This document shows, piece by piece, positions 12,064-26,826 of a stretch of DNA of 63,735 bases. The notes below the pieces were generated by a model. The model searched no databases. It saw nothing but the letters and a program-made list of their open reading frames with translations, and was not told where the DNA came from. Origin of the DNA: Octopus bimaculoides (taxonomy: Eukaryota); contig NC_068982.1 of NCBI RefSeq assembly GCF_001194135.2, positions 31,364,943 through 31,428,677 of the forward strand, written 5' to 3'. Both the position numbers and the translations under genes were made by a program. Position 1 is the stretch's first letter, and each line of letters begins with the position of its first letter.

Positions 12064-12954
12064 CGTATGTAGCGTGACTACGTAACTACGTTCCTGATCA
12101 AACTACCAGAGGTTGTTGCATATCTCTGGTCACAATGCGTTTTGCATCATTTTAGCTTTCGAATGACATTCTCCTGTTGGCTAGGTGAACAGGCCAATAA
12201 TCACCCCGATCAAAAGGGGTACTGGAACAATGTGAAATGAAGTGTTTTGCTGTATAGACAAAATCGCGCGCGCGCGCAAACACACACACATACACACACG
12301 CACGCACGCACACACATACGAACACACTAATATGATTTTTGCACTAAAATTTCTACGAAGTTCAAACTCGAAATTCAAACTAATTCTTTCCTCCAATGAG
12401 TTACTTCCGTTTTTATAGGAAATTTCTTCGTTGTCTCTCCTGCTTTTCGTAAACATAATAAACACAATTACTAGAGTTACCCCTTAATATGAGATTAAGC
12501 TTATCTAATTTAGATGTAATTCGCTCACTTCATAAAATGCCCTATCGGTTAACTTTAATGGTTGTATGTCATGTAGCAGGCATCCTTATGCACAAAGTAA
12601 CAGTAATTTTCGATAAAATTGAAATGTAATGTAATTATCACATTTACCATTTAATAAACACATTTTGTTTTTATTCTACTCGGCAAGGCATACAAAGTAG
12701 TTACACCACAGGTTTTATTTCTCTCTCAATAAAATATATTGGAATCAATCTGACTTCTTTCTAATCTTCTGAGAGTGTTATCAGAGAAACAATGCCCAGC
12801 TTCAGAGTACAGAATTGTTTCACCTCTGCAGTGACTATTTTGCTTGCTTCCCACTGCTATAAATGTAATTTTATTACATGCATACTTTAATGTTAGAATC
12901 AATGTTAAAACCAATTAAAGGCTTACTATATTTGAGCGTAAATTTCTAAAGTAC

Positions 12955-13230
12955 AGGTATGGCTGTATAGTGCTTCCCAACCCCATGGCTTTGGGTACCG
13001 TCCAACTGCGTGGCACATTGGGCAAGTGTCTTCTACTATAGCCCCAAACCGACCAAAACCTTGTAAGGGAATTCGGTAAACAGGAACAGAAAAAAACCTT
13101 CGCTCCACCTCTTGACAGCCGGTGTTGGATTGTTTACATCTGCGTAACGTATCAGTTTGTTACAAAAAAGATACCAGGCTTAGAAATAAGTACTGGGGCC
13201 GATGTATTCGAGTAAACCCATCAAAACTGA
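12955..13230 (+). mobile_element. SINE family B-related diverged copy
   Basis: CTGCGTGGCACATTGGGCAAGTGTCTTCTACTATAGCCCC...ACCAGGCTTAGAAATAAGTACTGGGG. Confidence 0.75.
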
Positions 13231-13299
13231 GTCATGATCAATAAAATGTTTAAATAGTTTTGTTTCAGGATTACTCCTCTCTCCACACAGCCTATCAAC

Positions 13300-14100
13300 C
13301 TGCGATCTTAAATCGTCCACGCTTCACACATTTTAATCAATATTCGTCTCCTACAATATTAAGATACACTTTCCAAATGAATATTTGTTCATCTATCACT
13401 AATCATTCATTTGCATCAAATGTCTATAATGAGCGCAATTCTCCTTGATGTAAACCAAGTCTTGCCACGCTTTTAATCCATTTGTATTCTATTTTTCAAG
13501 TAAGTTAAAATGACATACTTTATTGTTTCTATTTAGTTTTAAATAATTTCGCTAATTTCAGCGTCCAGTATCACATTTCTCACGCATACCTAAATTCTCT
13601 GCAATTTGAACGCAGAAAAAGGCTTTCTTGTTGACAGATGTAACAGCTCGAATACTTAATAGTCGTATATTCATACTCAAATAACTGATTTTCACGAACC
13701 TCTTCTAGTATTAATTAGACTATCAAACTAATAGAAACTATTTTTACGTATATCTAGGAATAGAGTGACTATGTAAAAAATTAACATTCCATGGATATTC
13801 TATTGTCAACTAGAACTGTATTTCTAGCCATCTGCAGATATTTTCCCATTCGCTACGTAAAGATATCCCTGTACCTCTTGCATGGCAGTTTCTTGCATTG
13901 AGGAAGTAAAAATTACCCAAGTATATCCCACAAGTTAGTTAATGACCTCGCTTCTGAAACAACACAGGTAATTCATGCAGGTTTTTCCAGAGAAGTAATG
14001 TTGATATATCGATCTTTAAGATCTAAATGCTTGGAACTTTTTCTACAGCTTATTGATAGGCCATCAGCATATAAGCGCATCCAAGCTCAACCAACAAAAA
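13300..14100 (-). pseudogene. Possible heavily decayed non-LTR retrotransposon RT remnant
   Basis: LYADGLSI (14060-14071 covers YADG, cf. YADD) and a downstream IYLGNF (cf. YLG); otherwise many stops. Confidence 0.35.
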
Positions 14101-14677
14101 ATATCTCGTCTATTAAATTTATAAACTATAATACACAAGGACAAGGAAGAAACAATTCTGACCGAGATCCATATATATATATTAGAAAATTCCACAATGA
14201 AAGTAATATCAACGTTTTCCACAGCAAAGAAAAATCAAAGCGTTTCTTCGAATTAACAAATATAAAACACTGTGATTTATCCAATGCCAACACTCGTAAT
14301 GCAACGCATACGTGTGTATGCATGCGTGTGTATATGAGTGTATGCGTGTAGGAGGGAGATTGTGTGTAGTGTGCATGTAAGTGGCAGGTACGCTAGGTTT
14401 TTGGCATTGGAAGTGTGGTGAAATGAAGCCGAAACTAATGTGTTCTCTGCGAAATTTAAATTTCAGAGAATCGGTGAATGAGGCCAGGTTAAATATATAA
14501 AGGAGTGTCGGCTGATCTGCGAGGAAGAAGCACTGACAGGCAGGAATTTGTTTACTTTTTGGGATATCGTGAAGAAAGCTCTGTGAATCGGTTAGCTAAA
14601 CGATAACCAGGCTGACTGTTATAAGTGTTAAAGGCATTTCGGTTAATTAATGAGCTAATTGATGACAGCCTCCCACG

Positions 14678-14720
<43 letters not shown>

Positions 14721-14832
14721 TACCTCTGGATATCCTTGTTGCTTATTTTGATTTTAATTACCTTAGTTTGAAATGGTATGGGTAAAACCGTACTAAATTC
14801 TAGTGCCTCAACTTAAGTACCATATTCACCCG

Positions 14833-14878
<46 letters not shown>

Positions 14879-14888
14879 NNNNNNNNNN

Positions 14889-14923
<35 letters not shown>

Positions 14924-14969
14924 TCTCTCTTTATACATATATATATATAAATGTATATATATATATATT

Positions 14970-15001
<32 letters not shown>

Positions 15002-16749
15002 AAATATATATATATAAGAATACATGATGTATCTATATATCATAGACACCATGATTCCAAGAATAACAAATTAAATAATGATGGAATTTATATCGTGCAA
15101 ACTAGACAAACACATGCAATAACTTTTGTGTCCAACACTGAAAAACAATATATAAATTGCAAATAATGTCCACTCTAATATATGTATACTTATGTGCGTG
15201 CATATGTGTGTGTGTTTATGTGTGTATTTATGTGTACGTGTGTGCATGTGTGAGTTCTATTCCATGCGAATGAGGAGCCGACGACCGCACTCAGCTTTCA
15301 ATGCATCTCATTCATCTGTACTTCACCGTATTGAGTAAATTTGTGCTTAATTATATGCAGGCCCATGTATATATGATTCACTGATCATCATCGTTATACA
15401 TACATAACATCATACGTACGTAAGTATGTATAGTCACATATGTAAATTTGGAATGCGTACGTATTTGTGTGTATGAATGTGGAGCAGGTGACACGTCACA
15501 AGCAAATTTTCAATCGTATTAATTTTTATAGCATGCATATATTGTGTTATTTCAAAAAAATAAAATAGTATATTATGATATGTAAAAATATTTAATGGCA
15601 TTCAAAAAATAATTTTAATACTTTAAACATAGCTTTAAATGTATTTTAAAATAATGAGCATTCTTATTAATTTATATGCTATCTAGAACTATAAAGCATG
15701 TAGTGCTAAAGAAATGTTTTCAAACGAATTTTAGGTTGTTTATATTTTTGGTAAACAAATGTGTATATCTTCTTATATTTATACAGATTTTGCTACTACT
15801 ACTACTACTACTACTGTTGTCATTCTTACCATTACCGTTATTGTTGCTGTTGTTGTTATTATTATTGCTGTTGTTTAACTAATTTAACATGTTTTAATAC
15901 TTCATAACATTTTAAATGCTTCCTAAAACAAGAGCATTTTGTTTTTATAGATTTCGAAAAACTCACACTTATTTCTTAATAGCTTTATTTCTATTGTAAA
16001 CCAAAAATAGCTAAATGCATTTAACTGAAATATTTAAATGTTGTTTTTATTTAGTTTTAATATGCTGGTATACCTTTTTAAAAGTTCCAAGTTTTCCGTT
16101 TGAAATATCTCGCCTGTTATAGAATACTGAGTGTTACTTTTCAAGGATCACGTCCATTTTTCTCAACTGATCTTTGACGTTATTTGCAGCTTGGTCAGGA
16201 TCGGTTTCCACCATGCTGTTGAATATTTCGCTGCTAAGTGATAGTTCTCATCTCTAGTCCTGATTTGTTAATTTTTTAGCAATATTTATCGTCAGTTCGA
16301 ATGTCTATTGTTTATTCACGTGGCTTGTAGAGAGTGACTAGTACGTTCTATGTTGAAAGCTAGCATGATTTCCCACGTCTATGACTTTCAGATGTGTTGG
16401 AATTGTGATTCCTCTGATTATTTTAGTTAATTTTTGACTGACCATATCCATGTTCTAGTCATATATATACTGAAACTGCCTAGAATTTCATCAATCTGTA
16501 ACCATATGCTAGTTTAGTGTATTCATGTGTGAACATAATGTACCGAGCATATATGAACTGGCTAACTATGAGATTATAGTTCTAGCTAAAATTATCAGAG
16601 GGACACCAGAAGAATAATTTTCCTGTTTCTTAACACAGAATGTTGTCGTGAATGAAAAGAGCAATATCTGACGTTCAAGACATCACTTGTATTGTTTCTG
16701 TATCGAATATTTTTCGATGTTTTAAAGCATTTAGAATATAATGAACCTA

Positions 16750-17560
16750 GAATTGATAGCATTTGATTAAATTGAACTGGATGAATTTACGGATGGTTTC
16801 TGCTTTCTACGTAGTTAAGCCTAAGCTATTACCTCCAACGGTGCTCGCAGTTACGCAGACGATACCACCATAGGTTCCTCACTAGCCTTCTTCAACTTCT
16901 TCATCCAAATGTGATCCTCATTCAATCTAGAGTTTTCACAATGAATGCATGGGCTGACATCTCGAAAACATATTCCAATGAACTCACGCCAATATTATTT
17001 CGTCTTACAGTAAATATATTAGATACAATCACTGCACAAATCAACAAAAACATTATCACTCGCCTCTGCTAAAATGGACAGCAGGCATCTAGATTCAGGA
17101 TTATTTCAGTGTTAGGTCTTTCTGCTACAGAGATTCTGTTCTGACGAATCCGTTCAGAAATATCTTTGATGTAACAAGAGAGTGAATATCAATAGTGGCC
17201 GTCCTCTTACAACCAACAATATTGTTCAACTCCAGCGACTATCTATCCTTGAGAAATGTCAGGTGATTTTCTCAATAAAGATCTTTCTATCTGTACGACA
17301 GTTTTCTTTGTTTATCGTAGATAGCTCTTCTTGTTTCACTTTATTTCAAACGCTAACACACTCGTTCGCTTCCTCTCGTCACCCCTATAATGTTCACCCA
17401 CAATAAACACTTGTGAAAATTTCCATCTGGAATTGTTTCTCTTCACATTTTTTCGCACTGCCATAAAATTACGACTGTTCAAACAGAACGTTTACAGCAT
17501 CACTCTGAATGGTCAGTTAGACCTGCGAAATCTATGGACACAACCCTTTCCTCCAGACCA
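16750..17560 (+). pseudogene. CR1/L2-like LINE RT C-terminal remnant
   Basis: YADDTTI at 16852-16872, then a degraded LG motif and ASSRHPY / FSSHFFRTA segments like jockey-group C-termini. Confidence 0.6.
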
Positions 17561-18940
17561 AACAAATAAAAAAATATTATGACGCTGATGCACTACCGTT
17601 CCATTATAGTAGTTACGATTTGTCTAATTTTGGAGATTTTATTGATAATGATGTTTTGTAACTATGCCTAGCTCATTTTGAGTATAATATACTAGCCTGC
17701 ATATTTGGTTGGGTTTGAAGGTATATTGAGATTCTTTCATTTGATGTATGATCTGAGATGTGAGTTATTTCACACACGTGTTAAGGTGGCAAATTCGCAC
17801 ATCCAAAATTTTGTTGTCTCTGCATACAATAGGTACCACATACAGCAACTACTCAATAAAATATCAGGTTTCACACAACGAATACTCGACTGAATTATTA
17901 CACCCACAAGTAAGAAAGGGCCTTCCATAATCGATACATGTCTCACTAAATAACTACAACGTATGCAATTCACATACTACGCAGCTGGAGAAGTGAGGGA
18001 GAGGAAAGGGAAACTAAAATGAAAAGTATACATAGTATACAAAATGTGTGAACATATGTATGATACAGCGTTCTTCTTATAGAAGAATCCCCAGAAAGGG
18101 AGGTAATCAAGAAACCTCAACAAATCCAGTATCAAAAATCTTCGCCCAAAATGTCTCCGATCTACAGGCGCATGTTTCGAGTAGGTCAATTCGCTCCAAC
18201 CATTTTTGCTACAATCACCCATCTTTTGAAAAATTCGCTATGAGACAGCACTTCTAGCCCCACTCTCATTTCACTTTCTAAGTTGAATTTTAAAAAGTCG
18301 TTGAAGGCCTGACAAAGAGAAAAGTATCTGTTTTCAATCATTTCAGCTTCATCCGCCACTCAACCTTTTTTTACACCATAGCCACTAGACAGAGAAACAC
18401 CGTCTTGTCTGCCTGTCAAAGGCGGATGGTGGGACGATCCTTATGATGAGCTCTATCGATAGTGGGATTAGTTCAACATGCCACAACAACAGCTGTTCGG
18501 CATAATTCTACAAGTCAGCAATGCCCGGACACTGCACGATTGCGGGTTTGTATAGTTTTGTTGGTTTGTGCGCGTCTCTTGCAATCCTGCCTGGTATCGA
18601 TCGTTATATATAGCACGAAAGAAAGAGTGCCTCATCGTAAACGTTGTTATTCCTTCAGACAATCATTTTAGAAATATATTGGATCAAAAGTAAAGATATC
18701 AAGAATGTTGGTACATCCAGCAACAAAAATGTAAGCCATGCCACTTATCGTTGAAGCTTGAGTTTTATTCCCCAAAACCCAAAAAGAAAAAGAAAAAAAA
18801 GAATAACACAACCATTGTATTGCTTGAAACCATTCGACATCAACACAGACAAGTGTAGGCTCCAAAATTCTGTTCTATTTGGAACAGTTAATAATCTTAG
18901 AAATGGGATTTCTGTCAAAGGCCTTATGAAAAGACTTCAC

Positions 18941-18941
<1 letters not shown>

Positions 18942-19003
<62 letters not shown>

Positions 19004-19092
19004 CAAGAAGAAGAAGAAGAAGAAGAAGATGAAGTAGAAGTAGTAGTAGTTGTTGTAGTAGTAGTTGTAGTAGTAGTAGCAGCAGTAGCAGC
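18942..19092. repeat. Compound trinucleotide array (TAA)(GAA)(GTA)(GCA)
   Basis: Directly visible. Confidence 0.95.
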
Positions 19093-19833
19093 TTAAGTAT
19101 AAAAGGAAAAGGAACAAAAAAAAATACCAAAAAGGAAAAGAAAGAAGCAAAAGAAGGAAAATGAAAGAATACAAAATTGCTACAGCAACATTATTAAGAA
19201 CAACAAGAGAGAACAATAACAATGCCCACCACCACCACCACCACCAGCAACAACAACAACTACAACAACAACAATAGTAACAACAGCAGTCACAAAAACA
19301 ACAATTATAGAAATAGTTATATGAGTTTTGACAAGAAGAGTAGTAAGAACAGATAAAGACAACAATAAGAACAACAATATAAAGGCGATGACAACATCAT
19401 TAACAATGATAACAAGTAGAAATAGAAAGGCAGCAAAAAGGCTAATGAGTTTCTGATTTGTTTGTATAAGTCAGAGAGTTGGAGTGACAAGGTGGGTGGA
19501 GTTAGCGCAACTTAAGTTTGTTGTATAGAAATTGCAATAAGCTGATTGGTTGATGTTGATTGATCATTGGTAAGATGAAAGATAGGTAGGTAGATGCTGA
19601 GAGAGAGAAAGTGAAAGTGAAAGAAGAGAGAAAGATTTAAGAGTATGGGAAGAAAGAGGAAGGGAGAGAGAGAGAGAGCGGAGAGGAGGGGAAATGTAAA
19701 TTGGAGTGAGAGTACACGAGGGAGAGAGAGCAAGAGTAGGTATAAGTAGAAATGAGAGGGAGGGAAGATAGAGAAAGGGAGAGAGTTATGAAGGAAGAAA
19801 GAGGGGAAATGCTGGTGAGAAAAATATACACAG

Positions 19834-19945
<112 letters not shown>

Positions 19946-20327
19946 GTGGAGATGAAGTGCGAGAGAGATGAAATTAAAATCTTAGTAGAGTTGATATCCA
20001 GGGAAGTTAATATGAAGAAGCAGCGAGAAGAGGGGGAGAAAAAGATAGGAGAGAAGGTAAAAAATGAGCAAGTGAGACATAAAGTGAGACATAGAGAGGG
20101 GGAGAGAGAGAGAGAGAGAGAGAGGACAGACAGATAAAACGACAGAGAGGAGGAGAGTGTGTCTGTTGGGGTGGTGGGGGTAAAGAAAGTGATCGTAGTA
20201 GATAAACATGGTAGAAGTAAGCTATAGAAAGAGGATTATTAATCTTTGATTTACAAGAAATTAGAGAGAAGTGGTAGGAGGAGGAAAAGAGAGAGAGGGA
20301 GCCTAATTTAAAGTAGGAGTGAGAGAG

Positions 20328-20376
<49 letters not shown>

Positions 20377-20719
20377 AGGTATGTAGAAATTATTCAATGC
20401 AGAAAAGTTGAAGAAGTTTTGATGTAGTTTACACAGTGAAAGGGGGAGAGGGGAGAGAATCTAAGGAGTGGTGTATGCTTATATGTTAGTGTGTGTGAAA
20501 GAGAGTGAGTATACGATAGAGAGAGAGAAAGAGATAGATAGAGAGAGAGAGAGAGGGGGAGAGAAGAGGGAGAGAGAGAGAGAGAGAGACCTACATCTAG
20601 AGGGAGATAGGTGGGGTGTAATTATTTAAAGCGAAGAAATGAAGAGGTACTCCTACAATGGTGACGATGTAGAGGCTGCAGAGAGCAGGAGGTGTAGATA
20701 AATGTGATACAGGTGTTGA

Positions 20720-21195
20720 TACCACAATGACATTAATGATGGTGGTAGTGGTAGTGGTGGTGGTGGTGGTGGTGATAATGACGGTATCGGTAGTCGTTGG
20801 TGACAAAGGTGGGGTAGTGGTGGTAAGGAAGTTTTGATAGATGTTATACAATGGCAGCGGCGGTGGCGGCGGCGGCGGCGGTGGTGGTGGTGAANNNNNN
20901 NNNNGGTGGTGGTGGTGGCGGTGGTGGTGGTGGTGGTTGGTGGTGGTGGTGGTTCGGTAGAGGTTGTGATATCGAAATAAGTGAAGGTAGTAATGGTAAA
21001 GGTGGTGATACCAAAATGGAAGTGGTAGTTGTTAACAAGATATCAGCGGCTGTGGTAGTCATGTCAGTAGTTGTAGAAATAGGTGACAAGACTGACGAGG
21101 TGGCTGAGAAAGGAGGGGGAGCTTGGAGTGGTGGTGGCAGTAGTTGCAAAATAAATGGCACTAGTGATAATAATAATAATAATAATAATAATAAT

Positions 21196-21235
<40 letters not shown>

Positions 21236-21269
21236 GTAATAACAATAATAATAATAATAACGATAATGA

Positions 21270-21309
<40 letters not shown>

Positions 21310-21380
21310 TATAGTAGTAGTGGTGGTAATAATACTAGTTGTAGCAATAGTAGTGGAGCTGGCAGTGGTAATATATGATA
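20720..21380. repeat. Mosaic trinucleotide low-complexity region (GGT/GGC/AAT/AGT)
   Basis: Directly visible; produces homopolymer pseudo-ORFs on both strands. Confidence 0.9.
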
Positions 21381-22207
21381 TATAATAAATGATATATGGC
21401 GGTGTTATAAACAGTAATAGCAGTAATATCATAAGAGGGATGCTACAGCAGTGCCGGTAGTCGCTGTAAGGAGATGTGGGGAAAATGAGAAAGGGGATTT
21501 TTGTGTGTAAGGGGTGAGTGGTTGGATGGGGGGGGGGTGTTTAATGAAAATAATTACGTTGATAAAATGTGATGAGAGTAGGGATAAAAATTCGTCGCCA
21601 GCGGAAAGCAAAAATCTCACTAAGAAAAAAAAGGCAATTTAATAAAAGGATATATTAGAAGAGATAAATGTGAGCGGCAAAGATATATACATACATACAT
21701 ACATACATACCCACTCATATATATATATATATATATATATAGAGATAGATAGATAGATAGAAAGAGGGGAAGAGAGGGAGAGAGAGGGGGAGGGAGAGAG
21801 ACAGAAGTAGACAGTCAGACAGAGAGGCAGACAGAAACGGTGGGGTTGTCGGAAGAAGAGGGAAAACTAACGATAAAAAAAACAAAAAAAACTGGTTAAA
21901 TAAAAATAAGTCATCCAACACATAAACATGTATGTGAGAAAGTGATACATATGCATCCATACAGCTATCTTTCCATATCTGCGAGTGAAGAAATCGATCC
22001 ACGTCCTCGCGTTGCTTTTTCGTGTCTTTTCTTGTTTGTTCATGTTTAAATTGACTATATATATGTATATATATATATATATCATATCATATACATGTAT
22101 CTATCCATTTACTTCTTTCTCTCTCTCTCTCTCTCTCTCTTGATATATATATATATATATATAATCCTATATATATATAATCATACCTATTTATCTATAC
22201 ATACGTA

Positions 22208-22595
22208 TAAGAAAATAAGATGACAAAGGAATAAACGATTATTTGATGAACTTCATTAGCTTACAGCTGTTTCTACTACAAGATACAGTGGACTCAGAGC
22301 TGAGTGCTTGAGTAAGACCTCAGAGGTTCATCAGTCCCTCGAATATGAAGTGCAGTTTATTTGGGAAAAGAATTACATTTATGTATGACATTCTCACTGG
22401 CAATACCGTCCCTGTATATTACAAAAATGTCATTCCTTTCTCCCCAAATAAATTGCATTTCATATTCAAGGCTCCGATGAAGCTATCAGACACTCAGCTA
22501 AGAGTCTACTGCATCTTATAGTAGAAACGACTGTAAGCTAATGAAGTTCATAACATAACCAATGTTTTTTTTTCCTGTATCATCTATTTTTCTTC
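22208..22595. mobile_element. Imperfect foldback element, ~170-bp arms, carrying hammerhead-like cores
   Basis: 22246-22278 ATGAACTTCATTAGCTTACAGCTGTTTCTACTA vs 22519-22551 TAGTAGAAACGACTGTAAGCTAATGAAGTTCAT. Pairing continues inward to ~22380/22425. Confidence 0.85.
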
Positions 22596-22682
22596 TTACT
22601 GTTCTATACTCATTTAACACTTTGTTCTGAAACATGCGCACATTGAGCTATACAGTAGGTTATTAGTCTCGCCATGCCTAAG

Positions 22683-22731
<49 letters not shown>

Positions 22732-23069
22732 NNNNNNNNNNNNNNNNNNNNNNNNNNNNNNNNNNNNNNNNNNNNNNNNNNNNNNNNNNNNNNNNNNNNN
22801 NNNNNNNNNNNNNNNNNNNNNNNNNNNNNNNNNNNNNNNNNNNNNNNNNNNNNNNNNNNNNNNNNNNNNNNNNNNNNNNNNNNNNNNNNNNNNNNNNNNN
22901 NNNNNNNNNNNNNNNNNNNNNNNNNNNNNNNNNNNNNNNNNNNNNNNNNNNNNNNNNNNNNNNNNNNNNNNNNNNNNNNNTATATATAATACAAATAATA
23001 AATTAGTATATGCATATATACGTACAAGTATGTGCATACCTACATCTACCTGTATATATAGATACATAT

Positions 23070-23200
23070 CTGGGTACAGGACGTTGCAAACAAAACGTAG
23101 ACAAAAAATAATAACCAGAGTACAGAAAACACACAGGCCACATAGAGAATATTTTCCTTCATTAGCTGCCACCATTCTAACACAGGCGTTTTCGATCCAT
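23070..23200 (-). repeat. Dispersed repeat (family shared with 30191-30314)
   Basis: Shared blocks CTGGGTACA-GACGT, CAGGCCACATAGA, CCTTCAT(C/T)AGCTGCCACCATT and GCGTTT(T)CGA. Confidence 0.75.
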
Positions 23201-25235
23201 GCGTGATTGTTTAGGCGATCATGAAATGACCTACACTGGTAAGAAGAGATGTATTGGCTGGACATGACGAAATAATTCACACAGTGTATGAACAGTTAGT
23301 TTGTAATTCGTGTGACAGTATTTCGCCTCTTCCGTCTTCATTGCAATGGTTAAGACAGGCGTTCAAGTCTATTAAAGTCATGTATTCTACATTATCCTTT
23401 ATCTTTTTTTGCCTCTGCTATGTATTGAAGAATCAATTCTTTGAATGTATTCAATATGAAAAGGACCTTGTTTCAATTCGTGAATATATACGATTAGTAT
23501 TGTTTATATTAACGACAGAACAGAATAAATATCTTTATTGATATATAGTTAGTGATTTATTGTTATATATATTTTTGACAAATTAGTTTGACAGATAAGG
23601 AAGAAAGTTTGATAAAATCGGAGAGAAGAAAGAAAAATAAAAAATGAAACGGACATACGAAAGATAAGAAGTTGCAAAAGGTGTAGAGATTAAAAGGGAT
23701 AAAGACGGATAAAAGGAAGAAAAGAAAAACGGAGAAAAAATGGATACTTTGAATAGCAAAAGAAAATTCAATTTTTTTTCCCTAGGAATAAATAAAACTT
23801 TTTATTTTATTGATGTTTAGACAACCAAATAAGCGTAAATATTATCAGTTAAATTGTTCAGTGACAGAGGGAGAGAAGAAATAGTTAAATTTTGTTAATT
23901 AATTAAGTGAATAGAAAGGCAAGCAGAAAGAAACGAAGAATAAAGAACGAGACAACGAAAGAGAAAGCAATGAGATCAGGCAAAGACAGAGAATATTAAT
24001 TTAAAAGTGAAAGAATCTAATTCTCACCGGATACACAAATGTTCATCATATTGAAACTTACCGACATAATAGAACGAAAAATATTAAGATTTTATTTTAC
24101 GAGTCAAATAAGGGTAATAATTGGAATAAATACGTTAAGAAAAACATGTGTAAGGCTGCTCACATTAAAATCAAGTTGTATGCTGGTTGAAATAGTGACA
24201 GTTTATTTATATATTTACTAATTATTAAAAGACTGTGGCTTATAGAGAATAAAAAATGAACAGTAAATCACTTGTTAATAGATACACAACTGAAGTACAA
24301 TAAAAGTATATGCAAACTGAAATCGAGAAAGCATTTTGTTATAGCATGATGAGAGAAGATTGACCATCTCGACAAGAATAAAAAAACGAGAATGCTTCAG
24401 GCTTGGAAAAAGTTTTTAGCTATTTACGAGAACAGCTACAAACAGTGTTAATTTTATATCATTTTAGTAGGGTAGTAAAAACATAATTATTTCTGCCGGA
24501 GGGGTTGAATGGAAACCAATAAAAATATTTTGAGAGATTATGAGCAAAATATAAATTAATTCTATTGCAAGTGTCTTAAAAACATACTTACAAAAGAAAC
24601 TGTTCCTAATGCTAATAGTATATTGTAAGATAAGCATTGCAAAACGAGTGGGAATGGGCAGAAATTTATTAAAGTATATAACTGGAAACATTAATGCGAA
24701 ATTTGTCAAATTGGATTGTTAAATTTGACTTACTGGCATTAGCCATCTACAGGTTTTTACTTGCAAATGGATAATACAGTGAAAAATAGTTCCTTGGATT
24801 ATAGTGTAAATAACTTTTCAGGCTCTTATGTATACTGGTAAGAGTATGTTCGTTATATGACGAATAAGGTGTTTCTCGGATGAATAAGTTGTTTCATCCC
24901 TCAAACGTAATTTCGAAACTTTGTACCTTCTACACAATTTCTACCATAGAACACGTTTTTTTTTCTGTCTTATAAGTTTTTTCTTTCTGGATTCCTTATC
25001 AAAGGGGAAAAGGAAGTGTCATGGAATCATTTTGGTGATACTATAAGCCGGTATATGATTATTGCAGTGAAATTTAAAAGGAATAACGGTGAAGCCACTA
25101 GTGTATACTTCAAATTACGATATTACACGTTTCTTTCATAAACTATAGCAATATGCTGGCAATTAGACATTAAAAAGCATACACCCAGATTGAAATGATG
25201 GCATCTAGTTTCATTAATATTATAGATGGGATTAA

Positions 25236-25420
25236 GGCGGCGAGCTGATAGAATCCTTAGCACGCCGGACAAAATGCTTAGCGGCGTTTCGTCTGTCTTT
25301 ACGTCTTGAATTCAAATTTTGCCGACGACGGACCTTTTCTGAGTCAATGAAATAGGTATCAGTTGAGCGCTGGCGTCGAATTAACTAAATTTATACATTT
25401 GCGCCAAAATTTGAAATTAA
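25236..25420 (+). mobile_element. SINE family A, diverged and internally deleted
   Basis: GGCGGCGAGCTGATAGAATCCTTAGCACGCCGGACAAAATGCTTAGCGGCGTTTCGTCTG. Confidence 0.85.
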
Positions 25421-25611
25421 TGTTATAGGTGTGATTACGTTGTTTTTCAAAAGTTTTATGAGGCATTTTAGCTAAAACTGATTTAGACAAAATTAACGTG
25501 CTTAAAGAAGAAATTTTAATCAATAGTTATTGAGTATTCTATTTTAGAAAATACTATCGGTACAAATAGAAACTTTTCACTTCGTTTAAAGAATAACCAA
25601 GACTTTAAGGT

Positions 25612-25679
<68 letters not shown>

Positions 25680-26072
25680 ACACACACAGTAATACACAAA
25701 CACAAATAAAGAATTATTACAATTGATATACTTCCTTATGCCTAACTACGCGCATTGCAAAAGTGGTCTTAAGGTGACGGATTCAAAATATGTTGAAGAC
25801 AATTACAAGAATGATGCAGTCAGAAATGAGCCTTGGAAATGATTTGCAATTTAGGAGACATGATGAATATTATAGCTACATATAACCATGTGTAGAAATA
25901 TATGAAACTATACGTATACAAACACACATACAATCAAAAATACACATGAACACACGTGCACGCATACAAATGCATTCATGAGGTGAATAGTATCTCCCCG
26001 TATACATCCATGCAAAAAATATTTACAAATGAATATATAAAAAGTAAATGCATACAAACACAAATGCATATA

Positions 26073-26283
26073 CAGTAATCCCTCAACTATCGTGGCTGTT
26101 ATGTTCCAAAACCTCCCACAAATATTCAAAATCTAAAAAATATAAAGACCTATCTGCCGCAGAAACACGCGATATACTGAGGAGTCCGCGATATAAATTT
26201 ACGGAAAATTCCACGATGTACTGTGTGCGCGATAAGTGAACCGCGATGTACTAGGTGAACCGCGATATGGCGAGGAATTACTG
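26073..26283. mobile_element. Tigger-type MITE (211 bp)
   Basis: TA|CAGTAATCCCTCAACTATCGTGG ... CCGCGATATGGCGAGGAATTACTG|TA; internal GTGAACCGCGAT duplication. Confidence 0.85.
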
Positions 26284-26700
26284 TACATACGTACATGGAT
26301 ATATTATGTATACATAGATGTATATACGTCCAAATATGTGTATACACATATAGGTATACACACATACATATATATATATATAAGCATGTATATATTCATC
26401 GGTGTGTATGTGAATAAGAAATGTCAGAAAAGTAGGCAGTAAATAGATAGATAGATAGATAGGTAGATAGATAGATATATATAGATATAGATTTATATGC
26501 AAACATATATGTAAGTGTACACATATATAAAGATATATGTAAATAGTATTCTCTGTAACACTCTGTATATTGGAGAATATAAATATATATTTATGTATAT
26601 GTATATATGTGTGTATATGTATATGTGTAAATGTATACACATTCATATATGTATACATATATATATTCATATATGTATACATATACATACACACACACAC

Positions 26701-26742
<42 letters not shown>

Positions 26743-26752
26743 ATGTCTATAA

Positions 26753-26826
<74 letters not shown>

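Noticed and set aside
18440-18640. Hammerhead from ATGATGAGC ... GCACGAAA
   Set aside because: The first core base is wrong, the halves are ~170 nt apart, and no stem I, stem III or cleavage site could be built.
20851-21378. 175-aa ORF with poly-Ala/Gly/Asn/Ser
   Set aside because: Made of trinucleotide repeats, spans an N gap, equally open on the other strand, and has no recognisable domain or splice context.
24260-24760. Decayed GIY-YIG fragment (CEICQI)
   Set aside because: A single CxxC-like word without the surrounding conserved motifs.
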